Of a stretch of DNA of 64,000 nucleotides, positions 30,301 through 40,202 are shown piece by piece. This DNA is from a virus (Duplodnaviria; Caudoviricetes): positions 364 to 64,363 of the IMG/VR virus record IMGVR_UViG_3300028197_001778. One strand, given 5' to 3'. The notes under the pieces are model-generated. The model ran no database searches. It saw nothing but the letters and a program-made list of their open reading frames with translations, and was not told where the DNA came from. The translations under genes were made by a program, and so were the position numbers. Numbering within the stretch: the stretch's first letter is position 1; the number at the start of each line of letters is the position of its first letter.

Positions 30301-33300
30301 TGTCTTGAGTATGAGAGAGAGAACTGCTATTCATAAACATTCCTGGAGATTCTACAATAGCTCTAGGATTAACAAAACCCTGAGGTTGTTCAAAAACCAT
30401 TTTTGGTCTAACAGTTCCTGTAATGTATAATTTATCAGAAGTGTTTACAGGATCTCCTGGTAGAAGACCTTTAGTTTGTCTATTGTCTTCTTTAACAAAG
30501 ACAAAATTACTACCAGTAATAGGACTATAGTCTAAAGCAGGATAGTAGAACAAAGAATTGTCGCAATCAAAATCCCCAAACTGATCAGCTAATAAACTGT
30601 AAGTAGTTAAGCCAAAAACATTAAAACCTTTGTTAACTCTTCGGTTATTCCCTCCTGTGCTATTAAAAATAGCTGCTTGATTCGCACACATATACTTAGC
30701 TACAGTATCAAAATTTTGTTGAGCATTATAACCTAATATGGGTTGCATCTTTCCTGTCTCATCCATGAGTCGATAAGAATCTGTAGTGCCTATAACTATG
30801 TCTTCATCTATTACATTTCCAAACTCTTCCCAAGCTCCATCGCTAGCAATTTCATAAGAAGTAATGCTTTTCGGTGGACCTTTCCACATCTTAATAGGAT
30901 TCCCTTTTCTATCATTTCCTAAACTTATTGTCTGTCCAGAATCCCAATCTCTATACCCACTGATACTAGGTAGTCTAACCATATAGCTTTTACCATAATA
31001 CTTGCCTGCTAATTGATTCAAAAAGTTATGAATAATTTGTAAGTCTGTGGTAAATGCTTTTGAATATACTATAGAATTGGCGCCCTGATCTGTAGAGTCT
31101 CCACCTTCTGGTTCTGGTTCAGCAGGCTGACCCTCTGGACCAGACATTTCTTCGTCATCTAGCATACCAAAGGGCATAATACCAACTGCGGGACCATTTT
31201 GCTTAAAAGCATTTCTTGTGTTTGAGTTAAATGCTTTACGTAACATTAAAAACAAATCAGACTTAAACATCTTGTATGTATAATACAAAACGAGATTATC
31301 AAAACCTGCCATAGCAGCCCGCATCTCTGTTTCAGTAATAACAAACTGTCCGTTGCCATATAAAGAGCCTAAGCCATACCTTAATCCCTTTAAATCTGCA
31401 ATATCGCAAATAACACAAATTTGTCCAGTAAAATTATCCATGAATACTGTTCTAGGTTTTTTTCTAGTTTCATCACTAAGACCATCAGTATCTCCACCAC
31501 TAGCCTCTTCAAATCTATATCCAAAAAAAGGACTTATAATGTCTAAATGTAAAGGAGTAAATCTAGGAGTGATCGGAGAATGACTGGGAGTAGGTAAGAC
31601 ATTTTGGCCACCTACTTTATAGTATGACTGATCTGTACTTAAATAATTACCTAATAATGTTCCGCCAAGAGGATTACTAAACAATTGAGGCTCGTCAGAA
31701 AAAACTCTTTCTGTTGAATTAAAATTGTTACCGTTGTCAGTATTCTCTTTAATTCTTTTTTCATAATTTTTTAAATTTCCTAGAATTATATTATATTCAG
31801 CTGCTGTAATAACACTACCAGCTGGAACATCAGCAGCAGTAAAATTATTAGTCATATTAATATTTCTGGTACTATTTACATCTGGTGTTTTAAATGTAGA
31901 TTTATTATATTTGGTATAATCAACAATTGTAGGAGTACTTCCTAAGAAATTTAAACGAAATGTATTTTGAGTATATGCTAATCTATAATTTTTAGCCTGA
32001 AACAGTCTTTGTTGTTGACCACCTACTATAACTTTTCTGTGTACACTTTCGTTACTTTCTTGCCCATAACTTATATCAGAAACAGAAGGAACACCATCAA
32101 TGTCTGTAAATGCTCCGCTGCTAATTAAAGATTTTATACTGTTTTTTATCTGATTTAATCCAGGTTGTTTAAGTCTTTCTATGGTTCTAACCTTTAAAAA
32201 CATGTCAAGAGTACCACCACCAGAAGAAGTACCATCTGGTATACAATCAATAAAAAAGTCTTTGCCAGTAGCTTCTGCTATTTGACTCAACAAATCCATA
32301 ATACTTAATATGGGAGATTCTATTCTAAGATCTGTAGGTGGATTTAGTTCACTAGCATCCAAACGATATCTATATAAAGGATGACCATTAGGTTGCATAC
32401 CTGGAGCAGAAGGGACTAGACCAAAATCATAAAAAGCTGTAGGAACAGGGTATTTATAATCTTTAAGACTGTGTATATTTTTAGAAACTATTCTTCCAAA
32501 AGGAGAAAATTGATTAACTTCTTTTGTTGTGGGATTGTTAGAGCTTGTTAATACATGCAAAGCATCTAATATTTTATAAGCAGGAGTTCCTCTTTCATTT
32601 TTACCACTAGCTCCAAAACCTCCATAAGCCTCAAGAAAACCATAGGCATTAAAAAAGTTATGAACAGTTCCAGAGACAATATTCGAATTGTATTCATTAT
32701 CTGCAATCTGAGCATTAGGAGAATTATCTGCTCTAAAATTTTGAGGCTGATTTAAATTTGTAGCAGTATTATATAATCCCGCAGCTCCTCCGAAACCATG
32801 AGCCACTACATAAGAATTAGAAAGAAGAGAAACTGGACTTTCTACTTGTACAGTAATATTTTGTCCACCAGAACCATCAGTATAATTCCAATTTTTAACT
32901 AGACCTAAAAACTCAAAATCTAACATTCGAAAGTATACAGGAACTCCGATTATGTCGTAACCGTCGTTGTCTGTCCAATTGAAATCTCGTCCTCTATTGG
33001 TTCCTGGAAAACTACCACCAGAAGTCCAGTTATTAGATGCTCCAAAAAATCCTGGATCAGGTTGCGTCCAATATGTTGAAACGAATTTTTGTTGAGCAGA
33101 ATTCCATTTGTACTTAACTTTTCCTCTTAAAACTTTTTGCCCTGTCATCTTGCTTTTTATAACTTCTCCATTATTATCCATAGCATACAAACTGTCATCA
33201 GCACTACCGGTGTTGTGATAATGGTGAAGAGGTCCTCCATTACCTGCTGCAGGGAATTGATGACCAAACTTACAGTCTGTATTGTCTGGTCTATTATAAC

Positions 33301-33472
33301 CTGTAGAATCGTAACTAATATCTCTAACTAGAGAAACATTAAGAGTAGACGCCTGACTGCCCCATCCTAGATTAGTGCTAAAGTCTGCTACACTAGCACC
33401 TAAAAATAAAGTTTGAGCAATAGGCTTATTAAAATTATTATATCCTGCCACGCATGGCTTTGTATCCGACAT
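27380..33472 (-). CDS. Giant putative tail/baseplate protein (2030 aa)
   Basis: Long ORF; N-terminal FLGASV..FS..LGWG..STLNVSL, DLLSQIAEATGKDFFI (hub-like); CPVCGG...CKYC Zn finger. Function inferred from context. Confidence 0.55.
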   Translation of the reverse strand: MSDTKPCVAGYNNFNKPIAQTLFLGASVADFSTNLGWGSQASTLNVSLVRDISYDSTGYNRPDNTDCKFGHQFPAAGNGGPLHHYHNTGSADDSLYAMDNNGEVIKSKMTGQKVLRGKVKYKWNSAQQKFVSTYWTQPDPGFFGASNNWTSGGSFPGTNRGRDFNWTDNDGYDIIGVPVYFRMLDFEFLGLVKNWNYTDGSGGQNITVQVESPVSLLSNSYVVAHGFGGAAGLYNTATNLNQPQNFRADNSPNAQIADNEYNSNIVSGTVHNFFNAYGFLEAYGGFGASGKNERGTPAYKILDALHVLTSSNNPTTKEVNQFSPFGRIVSKNIHSLKDYKYPVPTAFYDFGLVPSAPGMQPNGHPLYRYRLDASELNPPTDLRIESPILSIMDLLSQIAEATGKDFFIDCIPDGTSSGGGTLDMFLKVRTIERLKQPGLNQIKNSIKSLISSGAFTDIDGVPSVSDISYGQESNESVHRKVIVGGQQQRLFQAKNYRLAYTQNTFRLNFLGSTPTIVDYTKYNKSTFKTPDVNSTRNINMTNNFTAADVPAGSVITAAEYNIILGNLKNYEKRIKENTDNGNNFNSTERVFSDEPQLFSNPLGGTLLGNYLSTDQSYYKVGGQNVLPTPSHSPITPRFTPLHLDIISPFFGYRFEEASGGDTDGLSDETRKKPRTVFMDNFTGQICVICDIADLKGLRYGLGSLYGNGQFVITETEMRAAMAGFDNLVLYYTYKMFKSDLFLMLRKAFNSNTRNAFKQNGPAVGIMPFGMLDDEEMSGPEGQPAEPEPEGGDSTDQGANSIVYSKAFTTDLQIIHNFLNQLAGKYYGKSYMVRLPSISGYRDWDSGQTISLGNDRKGNPIKMWKGPPKSITSYEIASDGAWEEFGNVIDEDIVIGTTDSYRLMDETGKMQPILGYNAQQNFDTVAKYMCANQAAIFNSTGGNNRRVNKGFNVFGLTTYSLLADQFGDFDCDNSLFYYPALDYSPITGSNFVFVKEDNRQTKGLLPGDPVNTSDKLYITGTVRPKMVFEQPQGFVNPRAIVESPGMFMNSSSLSHTQDMNRALNANIALEDLTQILYTFPAFSRDDSIVKALYYRVCSINNGKFIRKKSKETQSNEMIDIAPKAAHPFFAAIPLKSNTHTYGPWSNLPYYSKDVIIQDSAFDKINYIDNMVNGLVVEKDDELVPWNYGGTSVLDKAALLKVNDGLKYQSVAESASFTVIGAPKFGLGAKLVSTYDTGGTINFGLQPFSRNTTTLTLKTTTYTVVLLDYAYKDNLEPTISNMQLKIGSGGLSTTYNLKLYSKPMSRFNKDLSDRLKKGATDSFKAARKNAEINNKSQSQILSLNQEAVSRTAGGGTDPFSASSKKLLGWSPSSVLMAQGTYYLSGPNRKRNKAIANSTDETNDSAPENPDNDTGEEEQPDDPNDQDPSSQSVNSAEFTIAQYNRKSYSATGSGGYANNRKGYAQDINTYRSGNSYGDNKIYNQGELAFAMREVRHGAYVGLYPDKEVGLDINSDYAMKGVMSLDGIFSPISFYPTLYNSCYNLSKWNREKCPVCGGNKMYQDSIYIGGEEQQISVYCKYCTDEVDEASNSNNDIPLTKVMEYKSRKSPLAPDGTFNPPFITVKEDDDEDVIKQMYFKDDKTGLAKINTHSLQPVLQESGDFLNPNSQPEDKGRHSISVVGRGSRQPDNKYELSINKNLEKTYFDTNPDFDGETDVRLQDYLSNIPQKTKDSNSNWFKSREDYPLNNRYLGLRGPLVLHGWGYDLEGFPVPNKSDDAKRISDTGVAWRHIRKKNDTGQYINEDDYEQLGGYPQTSYNEDGVAESGSMQKWGSIVSVTQSWERFPDGVTRWTPKNKSEKFSLNWGERPDTWPVGPVDLRWDEARGVWAAPPPKIYKNVYVTLEEDLDFYSTNNPSRAFLTDYEAEIDLDDERKVVYVVDKTGYSAPSGSTLLCFYNSDSGFYEPVGKPMISAFGTIGTGNNVTLELSYMTAKDKSRSNDVKSYNFNNPLGIYYHNGSKGLFNFIEGKWTLVSSS

Positions 33473-33495
33473 TAAGTTCTCCTTTAATTAACTTT

Positions 33496-35481
33496 CTATC
33501 TTCCCAGGAAGTATCTATCAAGCTGTCCATTAAGCTGACAAGGTTGATAAACCCACTCTACACTTCTAGAATATTTTCCTTCTGCTGGATTCCAATTATA
33601 TGTGTTGCTTTTAATAAATACATTTCCCGTATCTGCATTTCTATTAAAATTTAAAACAGTTGATTTAGCTTGTCCATAAGGTTTCAAACCTTCTACTAAA
33701 TCTTCTATTTGTTGGAATAATTGAGACCCTGTATAAACAGGACATTCTGTCTGATCTAATAGAAATCCTTGGGTACTACTAGGTGGAACTACAGTAATTT
33801 CAATATTAACACTTTTTGTAGTACTAGTTCTAGTATTCAAATTTTGTAAAACTGGTCCAAGAGGTCTTCCTATAATAAACGCTTCAGAAATTACATCACC
33901 AGGACCATTCACACTTATATCCACACTTTCTGCAATTACACCACTAAATATTTTTGTTTTATTTGTGTATTGATGACTATAAGTAATAATACCTTTTAAA
34001 GGATCATGTCCTTCACTAGTAGATACAGGAATATAGTTTAATCTTCTTTGTTTTCTAAAAGCTGGATTTCCAGGGTTTTCAGTAAAAACATTACCCTGAA
34101 GAGGAATATAGTCTAGGGTTCTATCAGGAGTATTTACAACTAAGCAAGCTCTTTCATATAGTCTTGGCTTAACATCATTTAAAAATCCACTAATAGCATT
34201 CTCGTATCTTGATCCTTGCAAGGTGTTGTAGTGTTCATGTCCTGTATTAGACTGAGTACCTATCATACCCCCTTTATTAGCATCCACACCAAATTTTATT
34301 CTATTTTGAGCTGTTCCAGTAGTTGGTATTCCTGTAGCTTCTATGGTTTGGTTAAAAGGAGTAACGCTTAAGCCGTTAACAGACCCTTGAACATTAACTG
34401 TGCTTACATATTTTTCATCTGTGCTAGTTTCTATAGTAAATTCTTCTGTGAACAATATTCCGCAAGGTATCGCTACCCAACTATCATTAGTTTCATAAGT
34501 ACCATCTATAACACTAAAGTTGACAGTTTTTGTATGGTTGTATAAATGAATATCATTATAATCTGTTAAGCTCTCGTTAAGTGTTAAAAAAGGACTATAG
34601 CTTTTATCGTTTTTCGTTGAATTAAAAGCTAATTTAGATCTATCATCAACCCATTTTTTAGCATTCAGATATGCGTCATATTTTTCTGGTGCATTTTGAC
34701 TAACTGATTGATGATTATATTCTAACTTTCCATTTTCTGCTTTCCCTAAGTGATTAGCAAAACCACTACTAGGAACACCTACAGCAGACAATTGTCTAGT
34801 AATTCTGTATTGAGGAATACCAGTGATTTTTACATTTTTAGTTATTGAAAAAGTACCACCTGTATCAGCACTTTGACTTGGTTCAGTTTCTGGTTGTTTA
34901 GTAACATTGTACCCAAGAGAGCTATAAATCATTTCTTGAGGCTCAATACTCCAGCTTTCACTAACATTATTAACCCTGTAGTTTTTACTGTCTTTGGGAG
35001 ATTCAGTAGTCTCTTCGAAAAATTCTAATTCAATATTATAATCTAAACTCATACTCATATTATCAGGAGTATTATTTGCGCTATATGACTGAATTTTAGC
35101 TTGAATACCGCTAAATAAAACAGTGTTACTATCTGTATCTTTTACTTTTAAATCACCAGCACTACGACGAAAAAGATCTCTAAGTTGTCTCTCTTTGGTC
35201 ATGACCCCTTTCATACCAGGCAATCCACCACCACTAGGGAAAATTTTACCTGTTAGGGTTACTCTGTTATTCATACCCATTAAACTGCCACCACCATCTC
35301 TTACAAAATCCCTAGTAAGATTCATTAGTGGAGCAGCACCTAAATCCATATCTGTACGAAAACCGCTACCAGCAAAAAATACGTCTACACACGGACCATC
35401 TTTGTACGCATTGTTAGTGTGCTGAGCTTCAAACTCGTGAGAAATTGATTGATCGTCAAAAAATCCTTGACCCATAGACAT
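33496..35481 (-). CDS. Putative structural protein (661 aa)
   Basis: Beta-rich with repeated ESWSIE/EEFTIE/ESVDIS segments; same strand as the giant ORFs. Confidence 0.55.
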   Translation of the reverse strand: MSMGQGFFDDQSISHEFEAQHTNNAYKDGPCVDVFFAGSGFRTDMDLGAAPLMNLTRDFVRDGGGSLMGMNNRVTLTGKIFPSGGGLPGMKGVMTKERQLRDLFRRSAGDLKVKDTDSNTVLFSGIQAKIQSYSANNTPDNMSMSLDYNIELEFFEETTESPKDSKNYRVNNVSESWSIEPQEMIYSSLGYNVTKQPETEPSQSADTGGTFSITKNVKITGIPQYRITRQLSAVGVPSSGFANHLGKAENGKLEYNHQSVSQNAPEKYDAYLNAKKWVDDRSKLAFNSTKNDKSYSPFLTLNESLTDYNDIHLYNHTKTVNFSVIDGTYETNDSWVAIPCGILFTEEFTIETSTDEKYVSTVNVQGSVNGLSVTPFNQTIEATGIPTTGTAQNRIKFGVDANKGGMIGTQSNTGHEHYNTLQGSRYENAISGFLNDVKPRLYERACLVVNTPDRTLDYIPLQGNVFTENPGNPAFRKQRRLNYIPVSTSEGHDPLKGIITYSHQYTNKTKIFSGVIAESVDISVNGPGDVISEAFIIGRPLGPVLQNLNTRTSTTKSVNIEITVVPPSSTQGFLLDQTECPVYTGSQLFQQIEDLVEGLKPYGQAKSTVLNFNRNADTGNVFIKSNTYNWNPAEGKYSRSVEWVYQPCQLNGQLDRYFLGR

Positions 35482-35504
35482 ATATTATATCCTATAATTA
35501 AATC

Positions 35505-36020
35505 TTAAGTTTGTACTTGAGGCACATTGTTAGCATCACAAACAAATGATGTTAAAAATGTAACATATTTATCGATTGGTAGTAATTCCGCAGTTAATAT
35601 AGCAGGAATTGCAACATCCCCAACAACTTTAATCGTTGGTAAAGATTTATATCCATCTCCTACACTATCAACATTAACTTCTAAAATACTATATTTATTA
35701 TTAACATTATTTGTGACAATAGATATCCTGGCTTTAATGTTAGGATCTCCACCTTCTAATATTACTTTTGGTTCATCATTATATAATCCAGCGTTAACAA
35801 TATTAATTTTTCGCAAAGAAGTGGTGGCTGTAAATGTATATTTTGAAGGAAAAACCTTGCTTTGAAAATCGTCAGATTCATTTGCTAACGTAAGGTCATA
35901 TTCTTGTCCTAATTTAAGATCAGAACATTTAACATTAAAAACTTTTGGTTCACAACAACTAGTTGTATTAATTAAATTTGCATCACCATCGGTAACAAAT
36001 TTTACTTTAAAATTAGACAT
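35505..36020 (-). CDS. Array-family domain with inserted GxGY..P.I tail-type repeat
   Basis: C...FNVKCSDLKLGQEYDL...VFPSKYTFTAT matches the array domain; NAG.YNDEPKVILEGG / VGDGYKSLPTIKVVG repeats. Confidence 0.6.
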   Translation of the reverse strand: MSNFKVKFVTDGDANLINTTSCCEPKVFNVKCSDLKLGQEYDLTLANESDDFQSKVFPSKYTFTATTSLRKINIVNAGLYNDEPKVILEGGDPNIKARISIVTNNVNNKYSILEVNVDSVGDGYKSLPTIKVVGDVAIPAILTAELLPIDKYVTFLTSFVCDANNVPQVQT

Positions 36021-36023
36021 TTT

Positions 36024-36473
36024 TTATTCCTCGTTTCTTTCTTTCTCTTCGTATGCTTCACAATCAACATTTATTCTAATAATAGGAATTTTATTAGTGT
36101 GATTATGAGTACTTTGTGCTGAAACTTCTCCAGCGTCTCTTCCAACAACACTAATGTTTTGTTTATCTTTTAAAAAATAGCCCAGGGTTTCACTGGGAGT
36201 AGGAGTAACTCTAGGAGTTCCGGTTTGTGTTACGTCTGGAGTAGGTGTCTGTGTTGGAGTTCTTGAATATGTTGGAGTAGGCGTTTGACTTAATGAAGGA
36301 CTAATGCTTGGAGTAACAGTCCTGGTTGGAGTAAAACTTGGACTAACACTAATAGTAGGTGTTATAGGAGGAGTTTTAGTAGGTGTTACAGACAAACTTA
36401 CAGATGGTGTAACAGGAATTTCTCGTTCTAAAAAATTAGTATCTGGTAAATTTATAAAATTGTTAATAGACAT
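36024..36473 (-). CDS. Small Thr/Pro-rich protein
   Basis: 149 aa with a central TP tract; ends IRINVDC like array N-domains. Confidence 0.65.
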   Translation of the reverse strand: MSINNFINLPDTNFLEREIPVTPSVSLSVTPTKTPPITPTISVSPSFTPTRTVTPSISPSLSQTPTPTYSRTPTQTPTPDVTQTGTPRVTPTPSETLGYFLKDKQNISVVGRDAGEVSAQSTHNHTNKIPIIRINVDCEAYEEKERNEE

Positions 36474-36475
36474 GC

Positions 36476-39400
36476 TTAATCACCACTAGTAGGTTGTAGG
36501 ACTCTGCTCTCATAATGATCCCAAATTACAAATTTATTGTCCAAATTAATTTGAGAATTACCGTCTGGGAAATTTCCCCCAACTATTATATAATTTTTAT
36601 ATAAAACTAATGAAGTAACAATAGCACTAGAATTTACAAAATTAGGTGTTGTAGAATTATCGACACTAAATAAAACAGGATCATTTAAAATATAAGCATA
36701 ATTATATTTTGAAACCCCTTTAGAGTTTCCTCCAGAAGGTAGTACATAAATTTTACCATCTGTAGATAAAGCATACTCACTACTGTTGTCTGTTATAAGT
36801 TTAGATTCTGTAAAAATATTTCTATTAAAAGAAACATTCGAATCAATTTTTATGAGGCTATTATTTAATGAAGTAAATCGAATATTAGTGTTTCCAATAT
36901 TACTTAAAGTATCATGTGTTTTTTGTGTTGTATCAACCTGAGAACAATCATAAGATCCGTCTGTATTTGTTTTACAAAGACTAAATATTCTTGTACCAAC
37001 TGTTTGATCGATAATTCTAAATCTAACCTGAACTTTACTATCATTAGATAAATTCAAATAACTATGATACAAGCTAGCTGAGAGCGTCTGTGGTCTGTCA
37101 TGAGTAAATTTTAAATACTCATGATTAAATATTGTATTAGCATTATATCCTGAAAATAAATCATATTTTACTATGGAGTTAATAGCTTCAGATGAATTAT
37201 TTGCATCTTTATCTATTGTGTTTTTAGACCAAACAAAAGAACCTTTCGTTGATTCATAGTAAACGACACTAGAAGTCTGATATGTTAAATTACTAGTTCT
37301 AGTATATGAATGTGGTATGGGTGAAACATTTGTTTCGGTATCAGAATAAGGATTTTGAAAGACATAAGAATCGTGAGTAACTGTATTATACGATCCTGGA
37401 TTCGAAATGTCAAAATTTTCATTATATACATTGTAATAAAATAGAAGAAGATTAGAATAGAAACTATCTTTTAAATTTGTTCCAGACAATTTGTTCAGAT
37501 AGGAGGGGTTGATAATTACTAATCCATCGTATTTGGCTGTAATAGATCTATAAGCAGCATTTACAGTAGCTCCAAATGCATTAGTGATGCTATTTAAAGT
37601 TTTATCTTGTATTTTAATTCTACAGATAGTATCACCCTTTTTAACATTTTTTACAATCATATCATTAAAGTATAAGTCTGTATCTTCTATTTGTAAAGAT
37701 AATTTATATTGATTGTTTTTTAATTCAATAAAATCTATAACTCTGTTTTCAAAAGGTTCTAGATCCTCAGATACCGTAGAGTTTATAGATTGACCATTTA
37801 ATATGTAATCAGATAATTTACTAGTAAAATACTCGTTGTTATCTGCGGAGTATCCATTGGCTAGTTCTGTTTGTGATAAATAATTAATAGTATATCCAGG
37901 AGCACCCATAAAAACAGGTAATCCATTATTTAATCTAGGTCTAATATTAGATTTAGAGTAATCAAAAGAGAACAGATTACCTTTTTCTTCGTAGTCTCCC
38001 CAATAATACATTAAACCTAATTTATCTATAGCGTATACGTCTGTAGGTCCTATAGAAACACTTTCCCATTTATTAGCCGCTAGTTTTTTATTGGCTTCGT
38101 TAGATATTTTGCCACAAGCTCTTTTTTCTGGTGTGTTTCTTAATCCTAAAGTAATGAATATTTGTTTAGGGGTGTTGGTAAAGTCTGCGTCTAAATTAGG
38201 AATAAGACCAGTAGATAATTTAGTTCTTGTATTGTCTGATTGATAGCCAAGAATAACATTAGATCCCCAGGCATACATATTGTTGTCTTCGTCTATAGCG
38301 TAAAAAGTGTTATTGCAAGCAAATACAGAAATGTAGTTTTCTCCATCTACTTTCACAGGAGCTTGGTCTATAATACTGTTGTCCGAAAGAGAAGCTCCTA
38401 ATTGACCTAAAGTATTTTTTCCCCAAGTGTATATGTTTCCGTCTGTGGTTAAAACAGCTATAACATCATCTCCTAAGACAACATCAATAGGGGTTATATT
38501 AGAAGGTAATGTATATTTTACTAATCTACCACCATATTCAACAGAATCTTTTAAATCAATCATGTAATCTAAAGTTTCAGGTTTTAAAAACCATATGTTA
38601 CTGTTGCTATCTAAAAGAACAGCAGAGCTTTGTTTCGAGTCGTTATTGGTTTTAATCCCATTATGTATTTTAGTAAAAGTTACATCAGATAAATGTCTAG
38701 CAAACGATAAATCTTTGGCGTAAAAAGTGTTTATATTATCAACGTATGCTTCAAAATCTATAACAAAATTTGTATAGTAATTTTGATCGACAAGAAAAGA
38801 TATTTTATCACCAGCTAAAACTGGAATAGTAACAACTTTAGTTCTGTCGTTTGTATCGTAAGTCACTTCTTGAAAATTTTCGTCGTTCTTTTTAACAACG
38901 ATTTTAAGATTACTTGGTATTTGATTGGTAACTAACCATCTCATGTTAATGGTTAATGTCATAACACCTTTGATGCTACTTGTTAAAATAGAAAACAAAT
39001 TATTGTCTTCTTGTAAACCATTGGTTTTAAAAGGTTGGTTTCTTTTTCCAGAGCCAAAAAAAGTATCTGTTGTTTGAGATAATTCTCCAGAACTATTATT
39101 CCTTACTCCGGTAATAAAGTTTGGGTTGTTCTCAATATCTGTGTTAGAAACACCAGTATTGGATTGGGATGAAACGAAATAAAACTGATTATCATTAATT
39201 GGCACAGACTTGACTATTTTTTGATTATGTACTTGATCAGATAAAAATTGATTTGATGATAAGTCTAATATATAAAAAAGTGTTTGATTATACTTAATAG
39301 AGTTGACCTGTTTATTAACCCCAGATGTTATGTATACTTTAGCACTATTGCCATTTTCTATTAATGTGTCAGAAAGTATTTCTCCTCTGACTTTATATTT

Positions 39401-40105
39401 AGTCAAAGTATTTGTTGTCAAATTAATTTTGTATAAATTGTCTAAGGGTTCTACTAAAGATACGTCAGAATTAATTATTCCGTAGTCATTTATTTCAACA
39501 TCTTTAAAACTGTATATACCTTTATCTAAAACCCAAATATTGTCATCATAAGCATACAAAGAGACGATGTTATCATCTGAATAAACATTGCTTGTTGAGT
39601 CTGTACTAACTAAAGGAAAAACATTCGCTTTTATTACGGGAAAATTTTTACTAATATCTTTTATATTTGGATAAGGAAGGCTTAAAACACCATTAGCATC
39701 TTCTCGGACTATTATAAGATTTTTAGATAATATAGGGTTGTCTTCTGGATTAATTTTAACATTTTCGAAGTTTCCTAAAACAATTAATTTATCTCCTATA
39801 TTGTCTACAGCTACTTGATAAATTGCATTCATCAACCATCCGGTACTACTGTATCTATCTCCACCGCCAGAAAAGATCATATAATCAACCCAAACTCCAT
39901 TTTTTTTATATACAAGACCAAAATCACCAGCTAATAATAATTCACCTTTATATTGTACGGCAGATCTAATCTTATATGCTCCTGTGTCTTTATCAAAAGA
40001 AGAAGAATCCTGGTACTCTTTAATACTGTATTGTGCAGGAGATCCTCCTAAATTTATTAATTTAATTTTATCTCTATTATTATCTATAAAAAGTAGATCT
40101 GACAT
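36476..40105 (-). CDS. Beta-propeller protein with RCC1-like repeats (1209 aa)
   Basis: DGNIYTWGKNTLGQLG, NNMYAWGSN, GLMYYWG; also LLLAGDF / LIVLGNF / IIVGGNF propeller-type motifs at both ends. Confidence 0.75.
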   Translation of the reverse strand: MSDLLFIDNNRDKIKLINLGGSPAQYSIKEYQDSSSFDKDTGAYKIRSAVQYKGELLLAGDFGLVYKKNGVWVDYMIFSGGGDRYSSTGWLMNAIYQVAVDNIGDKLIVLGNFENVKINPEDNPILSKNLIIVREDANGVLSLPYPNIKDISKNFPVIKANVFPLVSTDSTSNVYSDDNIVSLYAYDDNIWVLDKGIYSFKDVEINDYGIINSDVSLVEPLDNLYKINLTTNTLTKYKVRGEILSDTLIENGNSAKVYITSGVNKQVNSIKYNQTLFYILDLSSNQFLSDQVHNQKIVKSVPINDNQFYFVSSQSNTGVSNTDIENNPNFITGVRNNSSGELSQTTDTFFGSGKRNQPFKTNGLQEDNNLFSILTSSIKGVMTLTINMRWLVTNQIPSNLKIVVKKNDENFQEVTYDTNDRTKVVTIPVLAGDKISFLVDQNYYTNFVIDFEAYVDNINTFYAKDLSFARHLSDVTFTKIHNGIKTNNDSKQSSAVLLDSNSNIWFLKPETLDYMIDLKDSVEYGGRLVKYTLPSNITPIDVVLGDDVIAVLTTDGNIYTWGKNTLGQLGASLSDNSIIDQAPVKVDGENYISVFACNNTFYAIDEDNNMYAWGSNVILGYQSDNTRTKLSTGLIPNLDADFTNTPKQIFITLGLRNTPEKRACGKISNEANKKLAANKWESVSIGPTDVYAIDKLGLMYYWGDYEEKGNLFSFDYSKSNIRPRLNNGLPVFMGAPGYTINYLSQTELANGYSADNNEYFTSKLSDYILNGQSINSTVSEDLEPFENRVIDFIELKNNQYKLSLQIEDTDLYFNDMIVKNVKKGDTICRIKIQDKTLNSITNAFGATVNAAYRSITAKYDGLVIINPSYLNKLSGTNLKDSFYSNLLLFYYNVYNENFDISNPGSYNTVTHDSYVFQNPYSDTETNVSPIPHSYTRTSNLTYQTSSVVYYESTKGSFVWSKNTIDKDANNSSEAINSIVKYDLFSGYNANTIFNHEYLKFTHDRPQTLSASLYHSYLNLSNDSKVQVRFRIIDQTVGTRIFSLCKTNTDGSYDCSQVDTTQKTHDTLSNIGNTNIRFTSLNNSLIKIDSNVSFNRNIFTESKLITDNSSEYALSTDGKIYVLPSGGNSKGVSKYNYAYILNDPVLFSVDNSTTPNFVNSSAIVTSLVLYKNYIIVGGNFPDGNSQINLDNKFVIWDHYESRVLQPTSGD

Positions 40106-40202
40106 GATAATTCCTTAAGGTGACTAAATATAATTACACCATACGACGAAGCCCTGTAATAATCACTAAATTTAAATGTATTTTGATATTTGAGCATATT
40201 TA

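Noticed and set aside
40085-40198. Short - strand ORF of about 37 codons in the 40106-40202 gap
   Set aside because: No recognisable features, it overlaps the next gene out of frame, and the gap is better explained as regulatory.
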